From NCBI GenBank assembly GCA_964480615.1, contig CAYZQX010000002.1:1-34112 (forward strand): 34,112 bases of DNA, in the 5' to 3' direction. Position 1 is the stretch's first letter. Each line of letters starts with the position of its first letter. This document shows, piece by piece, positions 8,959 through 18,323 of the stretch. The translations under genes were made by a program, and so were the position numbers. A model generated the notes under the pieces. The model saw only the letters and a program-made list of their open reading frames with translations. It made no database searches and had not been told where the DNA came from. Origin of the DNA: an uncultured Chitinophagales bacterium. Lineage in GTDB: Bacteria; Bacteroidota; Bacteroidia; Chitinophagales; UBA2359.

Positions 8959-9975
8959 TTGAGGTCAATTGTATCAGGAATTCTAATTGTATTTTTGCTT
9001 ATTGCTTGCGAGGAGGAGAAGGCAATAATAGCAGTTGATTATCCTGCGCTCATGGAAATTCCTGAGGGGTTTCCGCCCATTGATGCGCCGGACGATAATG
9101 AGTTTTCACAAGCACGATGGGAACTGGGAAAAGCTTTATTTTATGACCCTATATTATCACGCGATTCTACAATTAGCTGTGCCAGTTGTCACCATGCACA
9201 ATTAGCATTTAGCGATAATACGGCTACTACTGCGGGTATAGAAAATAGGGCAGGGGTGCGCAATGTATTGCCATTGTTTAATTTAGCATATCATCCATAT
9301 TTTTTGAGGGAAGGCAGTTTGCCTACTTTGGAAATGCAAGTTATTGTGCCTATTCAGGAACACAATGAGTTTGATTTTAATATGGTGTTATTAGTTGATA
9401 AACTCAATGAATCACTAACTTATAAAGCAGCTTCATTAGCTGCTTATGATCGACAGCCTGATGCATTTGTCGTTACGCGATCCATCGCTTGTTTTGAAAG
9501 GAGTCTATTGAGTGGAGATAGCAAATATGATAAGGTCACAAGCGGAAATAATGGATTAGAATTTACTGACGAGGAGTCAAGAGGTCAAGACTTATTTTTT
9601 AGCGAAACTACTAACTGTAGTCAGTGTCACAATGGATTCAATTTTACTGATTACTCCTTTCAAAACAATGGGTTGTATGAAGTGTATAATGATGATGGAC
9701 GTTATCGGCACACATTGATAGAATCGGATAGAGCTTTATTTAAAGTGCCGTCTCTGCGCAATTTGAGCTTTACTGCACCTTACATGCACGATGGATCTTA
9801 TTCATCATTGCAGGAAGTATTATTACATTACAATTCTGGTGGAGCTAATCATCCGCATAAAAGCCCGTTTGTAAAGCCATTAAATCTGAGCCAGCAAGAA
9901 CTAGATGACTTAATGGCATTCTTATTGACATTGAGTGATAGTACTTATATTAGCAATCCACTTTTTATTAAATAG
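8959..9975 (+). CDS. Di-haem cytochrome c peroxidase family lipoprotein (MauG/MbnH-like)
   Basis: Two CxxCH haem motifs (CASCHH, CSQCHNG). It carries the typical CCP_MauG segments FKVPSLRNLSFTAPYMHDGSYSSLQEVLLHY and a lipobox-like N-terminus (LLIAC). TTG start at 8959. Confidence 0.85.
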   Translation: MRSIVSGILIVFLLIACEEEKAIIAVDYPALMEIPEGFPPIDAPDDNEFSQARWELGKALFYDPILSRDSTISCASCHHAQLAFSDNTATTAGIENRAGVRNVLPLFNLAYHPYFLREGSLPTLEMQVIVPIQEHNEFDFNMVLLVDKLNESLTYKAASLAAYDRQPDAFVVTRSIACFERSLLSGDSKYDKVTSGNNGLEFTDEESRGQDLFFSETTNCSQCHNGFNFTDYSFQNNGLYEVYNDDGRYRHTLIESDRALFKVPSLRNLSFTAPYMHDGSYSSLQEVLLHYNSGGANHPHKSPFVKPLNLSQQELDDLMAFLLTLSDSTYISNPLFIK

Positions 9976-9981
9976 ATATTT

Positions 9982-11997
9982 TTAGCAATCTCCCCCAGCG
10001 GGTGCAATAAGTGTTTCAAGCTCGGCGATGGTCGTTACTGGCATAGAACATTGCTGGCCTGAACATACATATATATAAGTGTGTTCAGGAACATATCGCT
10101 GATCAAATATTGGCAATGCGGATGCTCGCTCTGCAATGAAAAACAAGATATTTGGTCTGTACTTGCCATCGATTTGTTCGTATAATTTTTTGGCGTCCTT
10201 GCCTATGATAACTACTTCATAAGAGGTGATAGCCATTTCCCATGCAAGATTTGTCCATTGGTAATACCACAGTGCATTTTTATGTATTGAATCTCCCATG
10301 ATGGATACCATTTTATAGGCCATTGACCGCCAATTTTCATCGCCATACACTAGGCTTAGGTGGTAGAGATTCGCAGCCATCACAGCATTAGAAGAGGGTA
10401 TTACATTGTCCTGCGATTCTATGTGATGGGCGATTAGGGCATCATCATTTTTATCCTTGTAATAAAACATGGAAGACTCCTGATTGTAGAACCTATCGAT
10501 GGCGGATGATAATATTTCAGCGGCGAGTAATAACCATTTCTCATCAAAACTAACGTGGTATAAATCGGTATATGCCTTTATTACAAATGCATAGTCATCA
10601 AGAAACCCATTGATGGTAGGTTTGTTATTCAAACTATGAAAGTTTCGAAATATTTTCAAGTCAGGCGTGGTCATCCTATTCATCAAGTGATCAGCAGTTT
10701 TGTAGGCTTGCTCAATGTAATTATTATCAGGCATAGCTAATGATGCTTTGCACAAGGCACTGACCATCATTGCATTCCATGCAGTAATCGCCTTATCATC
10801 AATTGAAGGTGCTATGCGCTGTTTTCTGTAATTTTTAAGTTTTATTAGGCAAGATTTAACCATTTCCTTGGATGCTCCCGATAATTCAATATTTGGCTGT
10901 ATTCTCAATATGATAGCACCTTCCCAATTGCCCTCTTGCCGAACATCAAAGTAAGTAATAAACTCCTCAAAGTTATCGGACAATATTTCTTTGAGCTCAT
11001 TATAGGACCATATATAATATTTTCCCTCTATGCCTTCGGAGTCAGCGTCCATAGAAGCGTAATAGACGCCCTTTCCATCGCTTAGCACTTCCATACAATA
11101 ATTGATACTCTGTGTGATGACGAACTTATAAAGGTCATTGTCTTTATATATCAAGTAGGCTTGTGCATATAGTTGTATAAGCAGCGCATTGTCATACAAC
11201 ATTTTTTCAAAGTGTGGTACGAGCCAGTTTTCATCGGTACTATATCGGGCCCATCCGCCTTCTACCCAATCGAATATTCCCTGTGTAGCTACTTGGTCGA
11301 GTGTACGAAGTAGAAAGGACTCGGTTTCTGAATCAGTTTTGAGCTGTATGTAATTGATCAGAAACATAAAATATCCTGGCATCACGAATTTAGGTTCACC
11401 AGCTAAGCCACCAAGTCTGAAATCCCATAATTTTTTAGATTTAAGATGGGCATTTATTATTGATTCGATAGTGGGTATTTGTAACTCAACTTGCTGATAA
11501 AATGTCTCTATATATTTTATTCCTTCGGTAAGTTTTTCGGCTTGAATGATCAGTTTATCTTTTTCATTTTGATAAGCATTGTGAAAATAGGCTAGTAGAT
11601 TTTTCCAATTTTCTTTAGGAAAGAAAGTACCTGCATACACAGGTCTTCCATCGGGCAGTGCAATAATATTAAGTGGCCATCCTCCTGAATTATTGATGAG
11701 TTGACATACATTCATGTAAATATGATCTATGTCAGGTCTCTCTTCGCGATCCACTTTGATGGATACAAAATATTGATTCATGATAGCAGCCACCTCTTGA
11801 TCTTCAAAAGAATCTTTTTCCATTACGTGGCACCAGTGGCAGGCGGCGTAGCCTATGCTGATGATTAGTAGTTTATCCCTTTGGGTGGCTAGTTCTAGAG
11901 CGTCTTGACGCCAAGGAAGCCAATGGACAGGATTGTAGGCGTGCTGTCGCAAGTAAGGGCTGGATTCGTTAATCAATGCATTAGGTGTTGTCGTCAC
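9982..11997 (-). CDS. Thioredoxin-domain protein of the DUF255/YyaL type (Trx fold plus alpha/alpha six-hairpin domain)
   Basis: N-terminal SPYLRQHAYNPVHWLPWRQDAL...GYAACHWCHVMEKDSFED is the DUF255 signature. The protein is 671 aa with a GTG start at 11997. It converges on the peroxidase gene, with only 6 bp between the stop codons. Confidence 0.85.
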   Translation of the reverse strand: MTTTPNALINESSPYLRQHAYNPVHWLPWRQDALELATQRDKLLIISIGYAACHWCHVMEKDSFEDQEVAAIMNQYFVSIKVDREERPDIDHIYMNVCQLINNSGGWPLNIIALPDGRPVYAGTFFPKENWKNLLAYFHNAYQNEKDKLIIQAEKLTEGIKYIETFYQQVELQIPTIESIINAHLKSKKLWDFRLGGLAGEPKFVMPGYFMFLINYIQLKTDSETESFLLRTLDQVATQGIFDWVEGGWARYSTDENWLVPHFEKMLYDNALLIQLYAQAYLIYKDNDLYKFVITQSINYCMEVLSDGKGVYYASMDADSEGIEGKYYIWSYNELKEILSDNFEEFITYFDVRQEGNWEGAIILRIQPNIELSGASKEMVKSCLIKLKNYRKQRIAPSIDDKAITAWNAMMVSALCKASLAMPDNNYIEQAYKTADHLMNRMTTPDLKIFRNFHSLNNKPTINGFLDDYAFVIKAYTDLYHVSFDEKWLLLAAEILSSAIDRFYNQESSMFYYKDKNDDALIAHHIESQDNVIPSSNAVMAANLYHLSLVYGDENWRSMAYKMVSIMGDSIHKNALWYYQWTNLAWEMAITSYEVVIIGKDAKKLYEQIDGKYRPNILFFIAERASALPIFDQRYVPEHTYIYVCSGQQCSMPVTTIAELETLIAPAGGDC

Positions 11998-12018
11998 TGG
12001 GATAGATTTTTTTATTAA

Positions 12019-12051
12019 TAAAAAAGCCGCTTTTAGAACTAAAAGCGGCTT
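12019..12051 (-). terminator. Rho-independent terminator after the Cys-rich protein gene
   Basis: An 11-bp stem AAGCCGCTTTT/AAAAGCGGCTT (12024-12034 pairs with 12041-12051, 6-nt loop). On the minus strand it is followed by a T-rich run (TTTTTATTAATAAAAAAA). It lies 25 nt after the stop at 12076. Confidence 0.75.
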
Positions 12052-12075
12052 GAATTAGATTGTTTAATTTTTCAA

Positions 12076-12558
12076 CTAAGGCTTTTTAGCGCAACAACCT
12101 TTAGCAGCACTAGCGCCATTAGCACAACAGCCAGCTTTTTTCTCGCCTACACAAGATTTTTTATCCATAGCTGGTTCAGCATTTCCAGCACTCTTTACAT
12201 TGCCTTCTAATACTGTAACTTCTTTAGATAATACTTCTCCTGATTTAGCAATTTTAGTTACTACTACTTCACCAGTTGAAGGATTGAAATCCTTAGTAGT
12301 AGTAGTTCCTGAGTTAGCGCAAACTTTAGTTCCGTGAACCATACCAGAAACGCCACAAGTTGAAACTTCGAAGCCTTCAGCCTTTAATGATTCAGCTGAT
12401 ATTCCGCCATTTTCTACAGTTCCACTTTTTGCAGCCGAAGCTGTGCAAGCGGTTTTGTTGGCGGTACAAGCAGCCTTAGATGCGGTACATTTTTTAGCAT
12501 CCTGTGCGCTAAGTCCTAACGCAAAAAGGAATGATAAAGCAAAAAATAAATTCTTCAT
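12076..12558 (-). CDS. Secreted Cys/Ala/Lys-rich small protein of unknown function (possible metal- or thiol-active protein)
   Basis: Signal peptide MKNLFFALSFLFALGLSAQ. Three tandem 7-aa Cys repeats (CTASKAA/CTANKTA/CTASAAK). The C-terminus has paired cysteines (GCCANGASAAKGCCAKKP), giving 10 Cys in the mature protein. A hairpin plus T-run terminator lies downstream at 12019-12051. Confidence 0.6.
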   Translation of the reverse strand: MKNLFFALSFLFALGLSAQDAKKCTASKAACTANKTACTASAAKSGTVENGGISAESLKAEGFEVSTCGVSGMVHGTKVCANSGTTTTKDFNPSTGEVVVTKIAKSGEVLSKEVTVLEGNVKSAGNAEPAMDKKSCVGEKKAGCCANGASAAKGCCAKKP

Positions 12559-12676
12559 GTTTTTTATAATGATTAATGAATATTTTAATTATACGCAATA
12601 ATAATAATAATATTTCAAATCCTAAAAGAAATACCTCATTTTAACATCTATTTGGATTAATGAGTTCCTAACATTA

Positions 12677-13234
12677 TTATTTTTTCCATTTAATATTGCA
12701 GCCAATACTTGGGATCTGGGGTGTTATAGGAAGTTTTCCATTTAGCATTTTTTCAAAGGCATTGATCATTTGATTTCCATCAGAGGGGATTCCATTGCTA
12801 GGTCTTGATCCGTCCAGTTGTCCTCTATAGATGCAATTGCGTTCGGCATCGAATAGGCTGAAATCAGGGGTGCAGGCGGCATAATAGGCCTTGGCAACCA
12901 TTTGTGTTTCATCGTACAAATAAGGAAAGGGAAAGTTTAACTCATTAGCCCAAGCAGCCATCAGTTCAGGACGATCATCGGGATAATTAGTTACATCATT
13001 GCTATTAATGGCTATAAATCCGATACCCTGAGGCTGATACCGATGAGCAAGATCAATGATTGTATGTATAACATGCTTTACATAAGGACAATGATTGCAC
13101 ATAAATATGAAAAGCAACCCCTTGTAAGAGCTAAAGTTATCCAGCGATAAACTGTTACCTGTCCTAGGGTCAGACAAGGTAAATTCTGGCGCTTTATAAT
13201 ACAATGGTAATTGAATTGTTTCAGTAGCTGCCAT
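12677..13234 (-). CDS. Thioredoxin-fold (AhpC/TSA-redoxin-like) protein with CxxC
   Basis: LLFIFMCNHCPYVKH CxxC motif in a redoxin-like context. The protein is 185 aa. Its start is 3 nt downstream of the stop of the upstream gene, suggesting an operon. Confidence 0.75.
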   Translation of the reverse strand: MAATETIQLPLYYKAPEFTLSDPRTGNSLSLDNFSSYKGLLFIFMCNHCPYVKHVIHTIIDLAHRYQPQGIGFIAINSNDVTNYPDDRPELMAAWANELNFPFPYLYDETQMVAKAYYAACTPDFSLFDAERNCIYRGQLDGSRPSNGIPSDGNQMINAFEKMLNGKLPITPQIPSIGCNIKWKK

Positions 13235-13237
13235 TAG

Positions 13238-14701
13238 TTATTTTGGGGTTTCAATTATTGGAATTTTTTGACCTTTATCCACGAGTTTTTGCTTCTTTTT
13301 TTCTTCAAGTTTTAAGTAGTTTTCCATGAATTTTACCGCATGTTCAGGGCCAATTTTTTTTGCAATGATATTTTTGTTTTTATCGAGAATAAACAATCTT
13401 GGCGTTCCAGATATATCGTAATCCTCCCTAAAGTTAGAGCGATAATTAAAATCAGCGAGGTTAATAAATGGATTTGTATGTTCTTTGAGGTATTTAACCC
13501 ATTTATCACGTTCAGGCTCTGTGCATATCGAATATCCAGTCATATTGTAGAGTGTACTCAAAGTATCCCAAGCGGCAATAAGTTTTGGCGTTGCTTTTTT
13601 ACAGTGCCCACAGTCAGGATCCCAAAACCATAATAGTGTATAGTCTGTATTAGAATTATACATATTGTGCATTACCCCTAATGAGTCTGATAATATGATG
13701 TTTTTAGCTTTTTTACCTATCAAGCTGTTGCGCATGCGTTTAGCACCATTAACGATCTTGTATAAGTTGGTACTATCAACCCATGGTGTTTTTCCTTTAG
13801 CATAATATTCATCTGCTATGTGTACGTATATGGCATCCTGTCCCATTAGCTTTGAGTTGGCGTATTTATTGAGGGTATAGGACAGCATATACTTATGATT
13901 TTCTTCGGAGTTCTTGGTTCGCTCTATTAGCTCATCACAATATTTTATCAGTGAATCAGGATCTTGATAACAATAGTGATCTAAATATTTTTCGAGTGCG
14001 CGATAAAGAATAGGTGTTCTTAAAAGTCGGCTGTCATTGATATCGATATCATCCCAAAAGTGAGTATGCATAAAGTCAAGCACAAACTCATTGTATTCCT
14101 CATCACTCATATTTTGATCCTTAGTAGGAGGAATTGGTTCAAATAGGAATTTTAATAATGAAGTAAACAATAAATTAGGATTGTTCTTAATAATAGATTT
14201 CCTATTGGCATTAATTTTATCCTGTATCTCTTGAAGTTCATCGACATATTTATTGTATTTGGGATCGGATTTGTCGCAGGCATCACGCCACTTAACAAGT
14301 GTATCAGTTCTAGCTTTGTGAGAGCTGATATATTTTAGATCTTGATACATTACCTCATTTTCTTTAGACCCTTCAAATTTGGTACGTTCCACAAAATCTG
14401 TTGTATCGGTCTCCAAGCTAAAAGCTGGTTCATTGAGTACAAATTCCAAGTATTTTTTACTTGGAAACATTAACAAGTAAAGACCAGCTTTTGTTTTTTC
14501 AGATCCTTTAAAAATGGCATTTCCTTTTTTATCGGTGAACAGGGTGTCGGCCACATACTGCTTATCAGCATAGTGGTTAGCGATAATAAGTGTGTCATTA
14601 GGGAGTGATTTTACTTTTATCTTCACTTCATAGGATTGTCCTATAATGGAGTTGAAACAATAAGAAACGGAGAAAAGAAAAATGAATAATTTAGAAGCCA
14701 T
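13238..14701 (-). CDS. TlpA-like thiol:disulfide oxidoreductase with long N-terminal domain
   Basis: Signal-like N-terminus, a ~330-aa N-terminal domain, then a thioredoxin fold with LLWFWDPDCGHCKKATPKL. The arrangement is typical of Bacteroidota TlpA/ResA-like proteins. A TAGATTTG -7 box lies 20 nt upstream. Confidence 0.7.
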   Translation of the reverse strand: MASKLFIFLFSVSYCFNSIIGQSYEVKIKVKSLPNDTLIIANHYADKQYVADTLFTDKKGNAIFKGSEKTKAGLYLLMFPSKKYLEFVLNEPAFSLETDTTDFVERTKFEGSKENEVMYQDLKYISSHKARTDTLVKWRDACDKSDPKYNKYVDELQEIQDKINANRKSIIKNNPNLLFTSLLKFLFEPIPPTKDQNMSDEEYNEFVLDFMHTHFWDDIDINDSRLLRTPILYRALEKYLDHYCYQDPDSLIKYCDELIERTKNSEENHKYMLSYTLNKYANSKLMGQDAIYVHIADEYYAKGKTPWVDSTNLYKIVNGAKRMRNSLIGKKAKNIILSDSLGVMHNMYNSNTDYTLLWFWDPDCGHCKKATPKLIAAWDTLSTLYNMTGYSICTEPERDKWVKYLKEHTNPFINLADFNYRSNFREDYDISGTPRLFILDKNKNIIAKKIGPEHAVKFMENYLKLEEKKKQKLVDKGQKIPIIETPK

Positions 14702-14720
14702 TAGCTAAGAGAATGAGTGG

Positions 14721-14728
14721 CAAATCTA
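14721..14728 (-). promoter_or_regulatory. -7 box TAGATTTG
   Basis: Exact TAnnTTTG on the minus strand, 20 nt upstream of ATG 14701 (TlpA-like gene, first gene of the redox cluster). Confidence 0.4.
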
Positions 14729-14829
14729 ATATTTTTTTTTGTAATAAATTGTGGTATTATCAAGCTCAATAGGGGCTATTGTCATTATTTTTAGATTTTT
14801 TAATATCCTTTTTACAGGACATTAGATAA

Positions 14830-15756
14830 CTAAAATTTTGTTTGTGCCAGTAAGAACAAGACAGCCATTCTCGTAGCTACACCATTTTCAACTTGTTGTA
14901 AAATGATGCTGTGATGGGAGTCTGCTGCATCAGAGCTCAATTCAACCCCACGATTTATGGGGCCAGGATGCATAATTGTAATTTGTTTTTTTAGACCATC
15001 TAGCTTTTGCTTATCAATTCCATAATAGAGGGCATATTCTCTTAAGGATGGAAAATAATTGATGTTTTGTCTTTCCAATTGAATCCGCAATACATTCGCA
15101 ACATCACACCATTCTAATGCTTCTTGTACATTATAAGTTACGTGAACACCTAATGGTTCAACATTTTTGGGGAGTAGGGTAGGCGGACCGCATAGCAATA
15201 CCTCAGCGCCTAATTTTTTAAGACAATAAATATTGCTCAATGCCACTCTGCTGTGAATGATATCACCTATCAGGGCGATTTTTTTACCTTTAAGATCTCC
15301 TAGTTTTTCTCTAATTGAAAAAGCATCTAGCAGGGCTTGTGTAGGATGCTCGTGTGTGCCATCGCCAGCATTAACAATATGTGCACGTATATTGCGACTC
15401 AAGTATTCAGGCACGCCAGGGCTTTTGTGGCGTATTACGACCATATCCACTTTCATGGCCAGGATATTATTCACCGTATCTAATAGCGTTTCGCCTTTTT
15501 TTACGGATGATCCTGATGATGAAAAATTTAGCGTGTCCGCACCTAAGCGTTTTTCTGCTAGTTCAAAGGATATTCTTGTACGTGTAGAATCTTCAAAAAA
15601 ACAATTTACGATCGTTAAATCTCTCAGGGAGGGCACTTTTTTTATCGGTCTATTGAGGACTTCTTTAAATTGTGTAGTAGATTCAAAAATTAGATTAATA
15701 TCCGCTTCACTAATATTTTTAATTCCTAAAAGATGTGGTACACTTAATTGCCCCAT
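14830..15756 (-). CDS. pyrB: Aspartate carbamoyltransferase catalytic subunit
   Basis: Motifs FFEDSTRTRISFE, HPTQALLD, HPGPINRGVE; 308 aa. Confidence 0.95.
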   Translation of the reverse strand: MGQLSVPHLLGIKNISEADINLIFESTTQFKEVLNRPIKKVPSLRDLTIVNCFFEDSTRTRISFELAEKRLGADTLNFSSSGSSVKKGETLLDTVNNILAMKVDMVVIRHKSPGVPEYLSRNIRAHIVNAGDGTHEHPTQALLDAFSIREKLGDLKGKKIALIGDIIHSRVALSNIYCLKKLGAEVLLCGPPTLLPKNVEPLGVHVTYNVQEALEWCDVANVLRIQLERQNINYFPSLREYALYYGIDKQKLDGLKKQITIMHPGPINRGVELSSDAADSHHSIILQQVENGVATRMAVLFLLAQTKF

Positions 15757-15771
15757 AATGATATAATGTAA

Positions 15772-16320
15772 TTAAAGCTTTCGTTTTTCAATTAATAAGA
15801 CTCTGTCCATATCGCCTGCTGCTGACCATTCAACTCTTACTTCTTGAGATTGTATGCTATCGACACTGATACCAGTGTAATCGGGCTGTATAGGCAGTTG
15901 ACGAGAAAATCTCCTTTCTACTAGTACCATTAGCTCTACTTTTTGTGGTCGCCCATAATCCAGTAAGGCATCGAGTGCTGCGCGCACAGTACGACCAGTG
16001 TACATAACATCATCAATTAGAATGATGTTTTTTCCTTCAGTCGAAAAGTTAATTGTCGATTCATTGACGGCGAGTATCTTATCATTCCTTCTAAAATCAT
16101 CGCGGTAAAATGATACATCTAGTTTGCCAGCGTGATATTTTAGGCTGGGATTTATCTGCATTAATTTGTCACATATCCGATCGAGTAATGGTATGCCCCT
16201 TGGCTGTACACCTATGATTACTGAGCGGCTAAAATCACCATGATTTTCAATCAGTTGCCTGCAAAGCCGATTGATTGTCAATGCTAAGGGCTGTGAGTCC
16301 AATAATATTTTTTCAGTCAT
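15772..16320 (-). CDS. pyrR: Bifunctional pyrimidine operon regulator / uracil phosphoribosyltransferase
   Basis: 182 aa with the PRTase motif IILIDDVMYTGRTVRAAL and a PyrR-like N-terminus. It lies immediately upstream of pyrB. Confidence 0.9.
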   Translation of the reverse strand: MTEKILLDSQPLALTINRLCRQLIENHGDFSRSVIIGVQPRGIPLLDRICDKLMQINPSLKYHAGKLDVSFYRDDFRRNDKILAVNESTINFSTEGKNIILIDDVMYTGRTVRAALDALLDYGRPQKVELMVLVERRFSRQLPIQPDYTGISVDSIQSQEVRVEWSAAGDMDRVLLIEKRKL

Positions 16321-16330
16321 GATAATTGTA

Positions 16331-16338
16331 CAAAGATA
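16331..16338 (-). promoter_or_regulatory. -7 box TATCTTTG
   Basis: Exact TAnnTTTG on the minus strand, 11 nt upstream of the pyrR ATG 16320. This would give a very short leader. Confidence 0.35.
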
Positions 16339-16429
16339 TTTTGAATTTAGGTGATTGTAATATTTTTTCTTTTGGGTTGCAATAATATTTTACTTCCATA
16401 CCTTTATACATAATCAGTTGAGATAAGTG

Positions 16430-17086
16430 TTATAAGGATTGTGGGTTATTTTCAGGCCATTCTATTACAGTCATTCCTGGCGGATAAGTTTGAGTTATTT
16501 TATTGAGTACCCAGTCCCAATGCACCTGATCATTTACAAAATCTATATCGTGCGCATTGATGATCAATATCCTCAATTGTGGATTGTTTTCAAAATATTT
16601 AAAATACACATCCTCTACATCTTTTAAGTATTGTCGCCTAACTACTTGTTCAAATCCCCTTCCCCTTTTTTTGATATTTTCGATCAGCCTATCTACATTA
16701 GAATGGATATAGATAACTAATTCAGGTTCAGGCAGTGATTCGTACATAATATGAAAAGTCTTGTGAAAGAGTTCAAACTCTAGCTTGGACAAATTGACCT
16801 CGGCGTAAAGCAATGACTTCACAAAAATATAATCCGATATATGCAATTCATTGTAGAGTGCAGGGCTATTGATAATATTTTTTAGTTGATGATATCTTGC
16901 AGTGAGAAAAAATATCTCATTCTGAAAATCGTAACGACCTGGCTCCTTATAGGCCAATGGAAGGAAAGGGTTTTCTACGAACTCCTCTAAAATTAATTGG
17001 CCACCAAATAATTGATGAAGCTGGTTAGCCAATGAGGTTTTACCCGCACCAGTATTGCCATCAATTGCAATAAAATTATACTTCAT
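16430..17086 (-). CDS. Deoxynucleoside kinase
   Basis: P-loop IAIDGNTGAGKTSLA, dNK-like ERS-type region, and LIENIKKRGRGFE lid motif; 218 aa. Confidence 0.85.
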   Translation of the reverse strand: MKYNFIAIDGNTGAGKTSLANQLHQLFGGQLILEEFVENPFLPLAYKEPGRYDFQNEIFFLTARYHQLKNIINSPALYNELHISDYIFVKSLLYAEVNLSKLEFELFHKTFHIMYESLPEPELVIYIHSNVDRLIENIKKRGRGFEQVVRRQYLKDVEDVYFKYFENNPQLRILIINAHDIDFVNDQVHWDWVLNKITQTYPPGMTVIEWPENNPQSL

Positions 17087-17187
17087 TTGTCAAAAAGATA
17101 GGTTTTACATTTCAATGAATAAACCGAAGGCCTATACGCTGGAAAGAGTCTAACTAACTCTAATGACCGCGAAATTATAAAAAAAAC

Positions 17188-17195
17188 TACTTTTG
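17188..17195 (+). promoter_or_regulatory. -7 box TACTTTTG
   Basis: Exact TAnnTTTG, 23 nt upstream of ATG 17218 (M42 peptidase). Confidence 0.4.
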
Positions 17196-17217
17196 TAATA
17201 AAACCAATCAAATAAAT

Positions 17218-18243
17218 ATGGAAAATCACCTAATCAACTGGGATTGGCTTGGTAAATTAGTGGCTATAGACTCCCCCACAGGTTTTACTGATCGTGCCGC
17301 GGATTATGTTGTAGATCTACTTAGCGAGATGGGCTGGTCGCCAAGGATTAATAAAAAAGGCGGCATACATTGCCCATTGGGGAATGATCCTAAGTTGGTC
17401 ATAGCAGCCCACATCGACACATTAGGTGGGATTGTACAGACCATTAATGAAAATGGTAGCCTAGGCATCAGCAAAATTGGTGGGCCTAACCTAGCGAGTT
17501 ATGAAGGTAGCAATGTGCGCATTATAACCTTAGAACAAAAGATATACACAGGTAGTTTATTGCTCAATAATCCATCGACCCACGTAAATAGAACAGCTGA
17601 ATCCCAAGAACGCACTACGGCTAATATGCATATCAGAATTGATGAACCAGTTGCTAGTAAATCCGATGTAAAAAAACTGGGTATTGATGTAGGGGATATT
17701 ATTTGCTTTGAGCCTTATTTTCAAATATTGGAAAATGGTTATATAAAATCCAAATTCATGGATAATAAGGCGGGCTGTATGTCTTTATTCTTAATTGCTG
17801 AATGGTGTAAAAAGCAGAACAAAAATTTCCCTGTTGAGCTGTATTTTTCTAATTATGAAGAGGTGGGACACGGCTCATCAATTCGATTCGATGAGGCAAT
17901 TGCTGAGATGCTGGTGGTGGATATGGGTATAGTAGGCGAGGGAAGTGGAGGCAATGAGCGATTATGTAGTATATGCGCTAAAGATGCTACAGGTCCTTAT
18001 GACTATTCCATGCGCAAAAAATTAGTGGAAATTGCAAAAGCATCCAACATAAACTATGTGCAAGACATATACCCTTATTATGGATCAGATGGCAGTGCTG
18101 CATTGCGTGCTGGCAATGATTTTAAAGTTGCATTAATAGGCCCTGGGGTGTCGGCATCACATGGTATAGAGCGTGCGCATAAGGATGGTATCATTGCTAC
18201 AGCGCAGCTATGTATTGAATATATTCAATCAATAGAGTTGTGA
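17218..18243 (+). CDS. M42 family metallopeptidase (glutamyl aminopeptidase/FrvX-like)
   Basis: Metal-ligand motifs AAHIDTLG, MDNKAGC, YEEVGHG; 341 aa. A TACTTTTG -7 box lies 23 nt upstream. Confidence 0.85.
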   Translation: MENHLINWDWLGKLVAIDSPTGFTDRAADYVVDLLSEMGWSPRINKKGGIHCPLGNDPKLVIAAHIDTLGGIVQTINENGSLGISKIGGPNLASYEGSNVRIITLEQKIYTGSLLLNNPSTHVNRTAESQERTTANMHIRIDEPVASKSDVKKLGIDVGDIICFEPYFQILENGYIKSKFMDNKAGCMSLFLIAEWCKKQNKNFPVELYFSNYEEVGHGSSIRFDEAIAEMLVVDMGIVGEGSGGNERLCSICAKDATGPYDYSMRKKLVEIAKASNINYVQDIYPYYGSDGSAALRAGNDFKVALIGPGVSASHGIERAHKDGIIATAQLCIEYIQSIEL

Positions 18244-18323
18244 TCAAAGAACAACAAATAAGTCCGATTAAGCTTCCTTGCTTGTAACTAGGGTTTGCTA
18301 AATAACTCATAAGATTGCAATTA

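Noticed and set aside
9976-9981. Missing terminator between the convergent peroxidase and DUF255 genes (6-bp gap)
   Set aside because: This is noted only as tight packing. Convergent genes with overlapping 3' ends are common, and there is no room for a distinct feature.
15257-15766. 169-aa ORF antisense to pyrB. Similar shadow ORFs lie at 580-801, 2794-3012, 3933-4145, 4356-4967, 5795-6085, 6519-7257, 13340-13633, 15381-15587, 16439-16627, 19258-19452, 21731-22129, 22470-22676, 22989-23218, 23656-25028, 27919-28188, 30073-30348, 32391-32600 and 33307-33759.
   Set aside because: All lie inside, and mostly antisense to, genes with strong family signatures. Their translations are low-complexity with no recognisable motifs.
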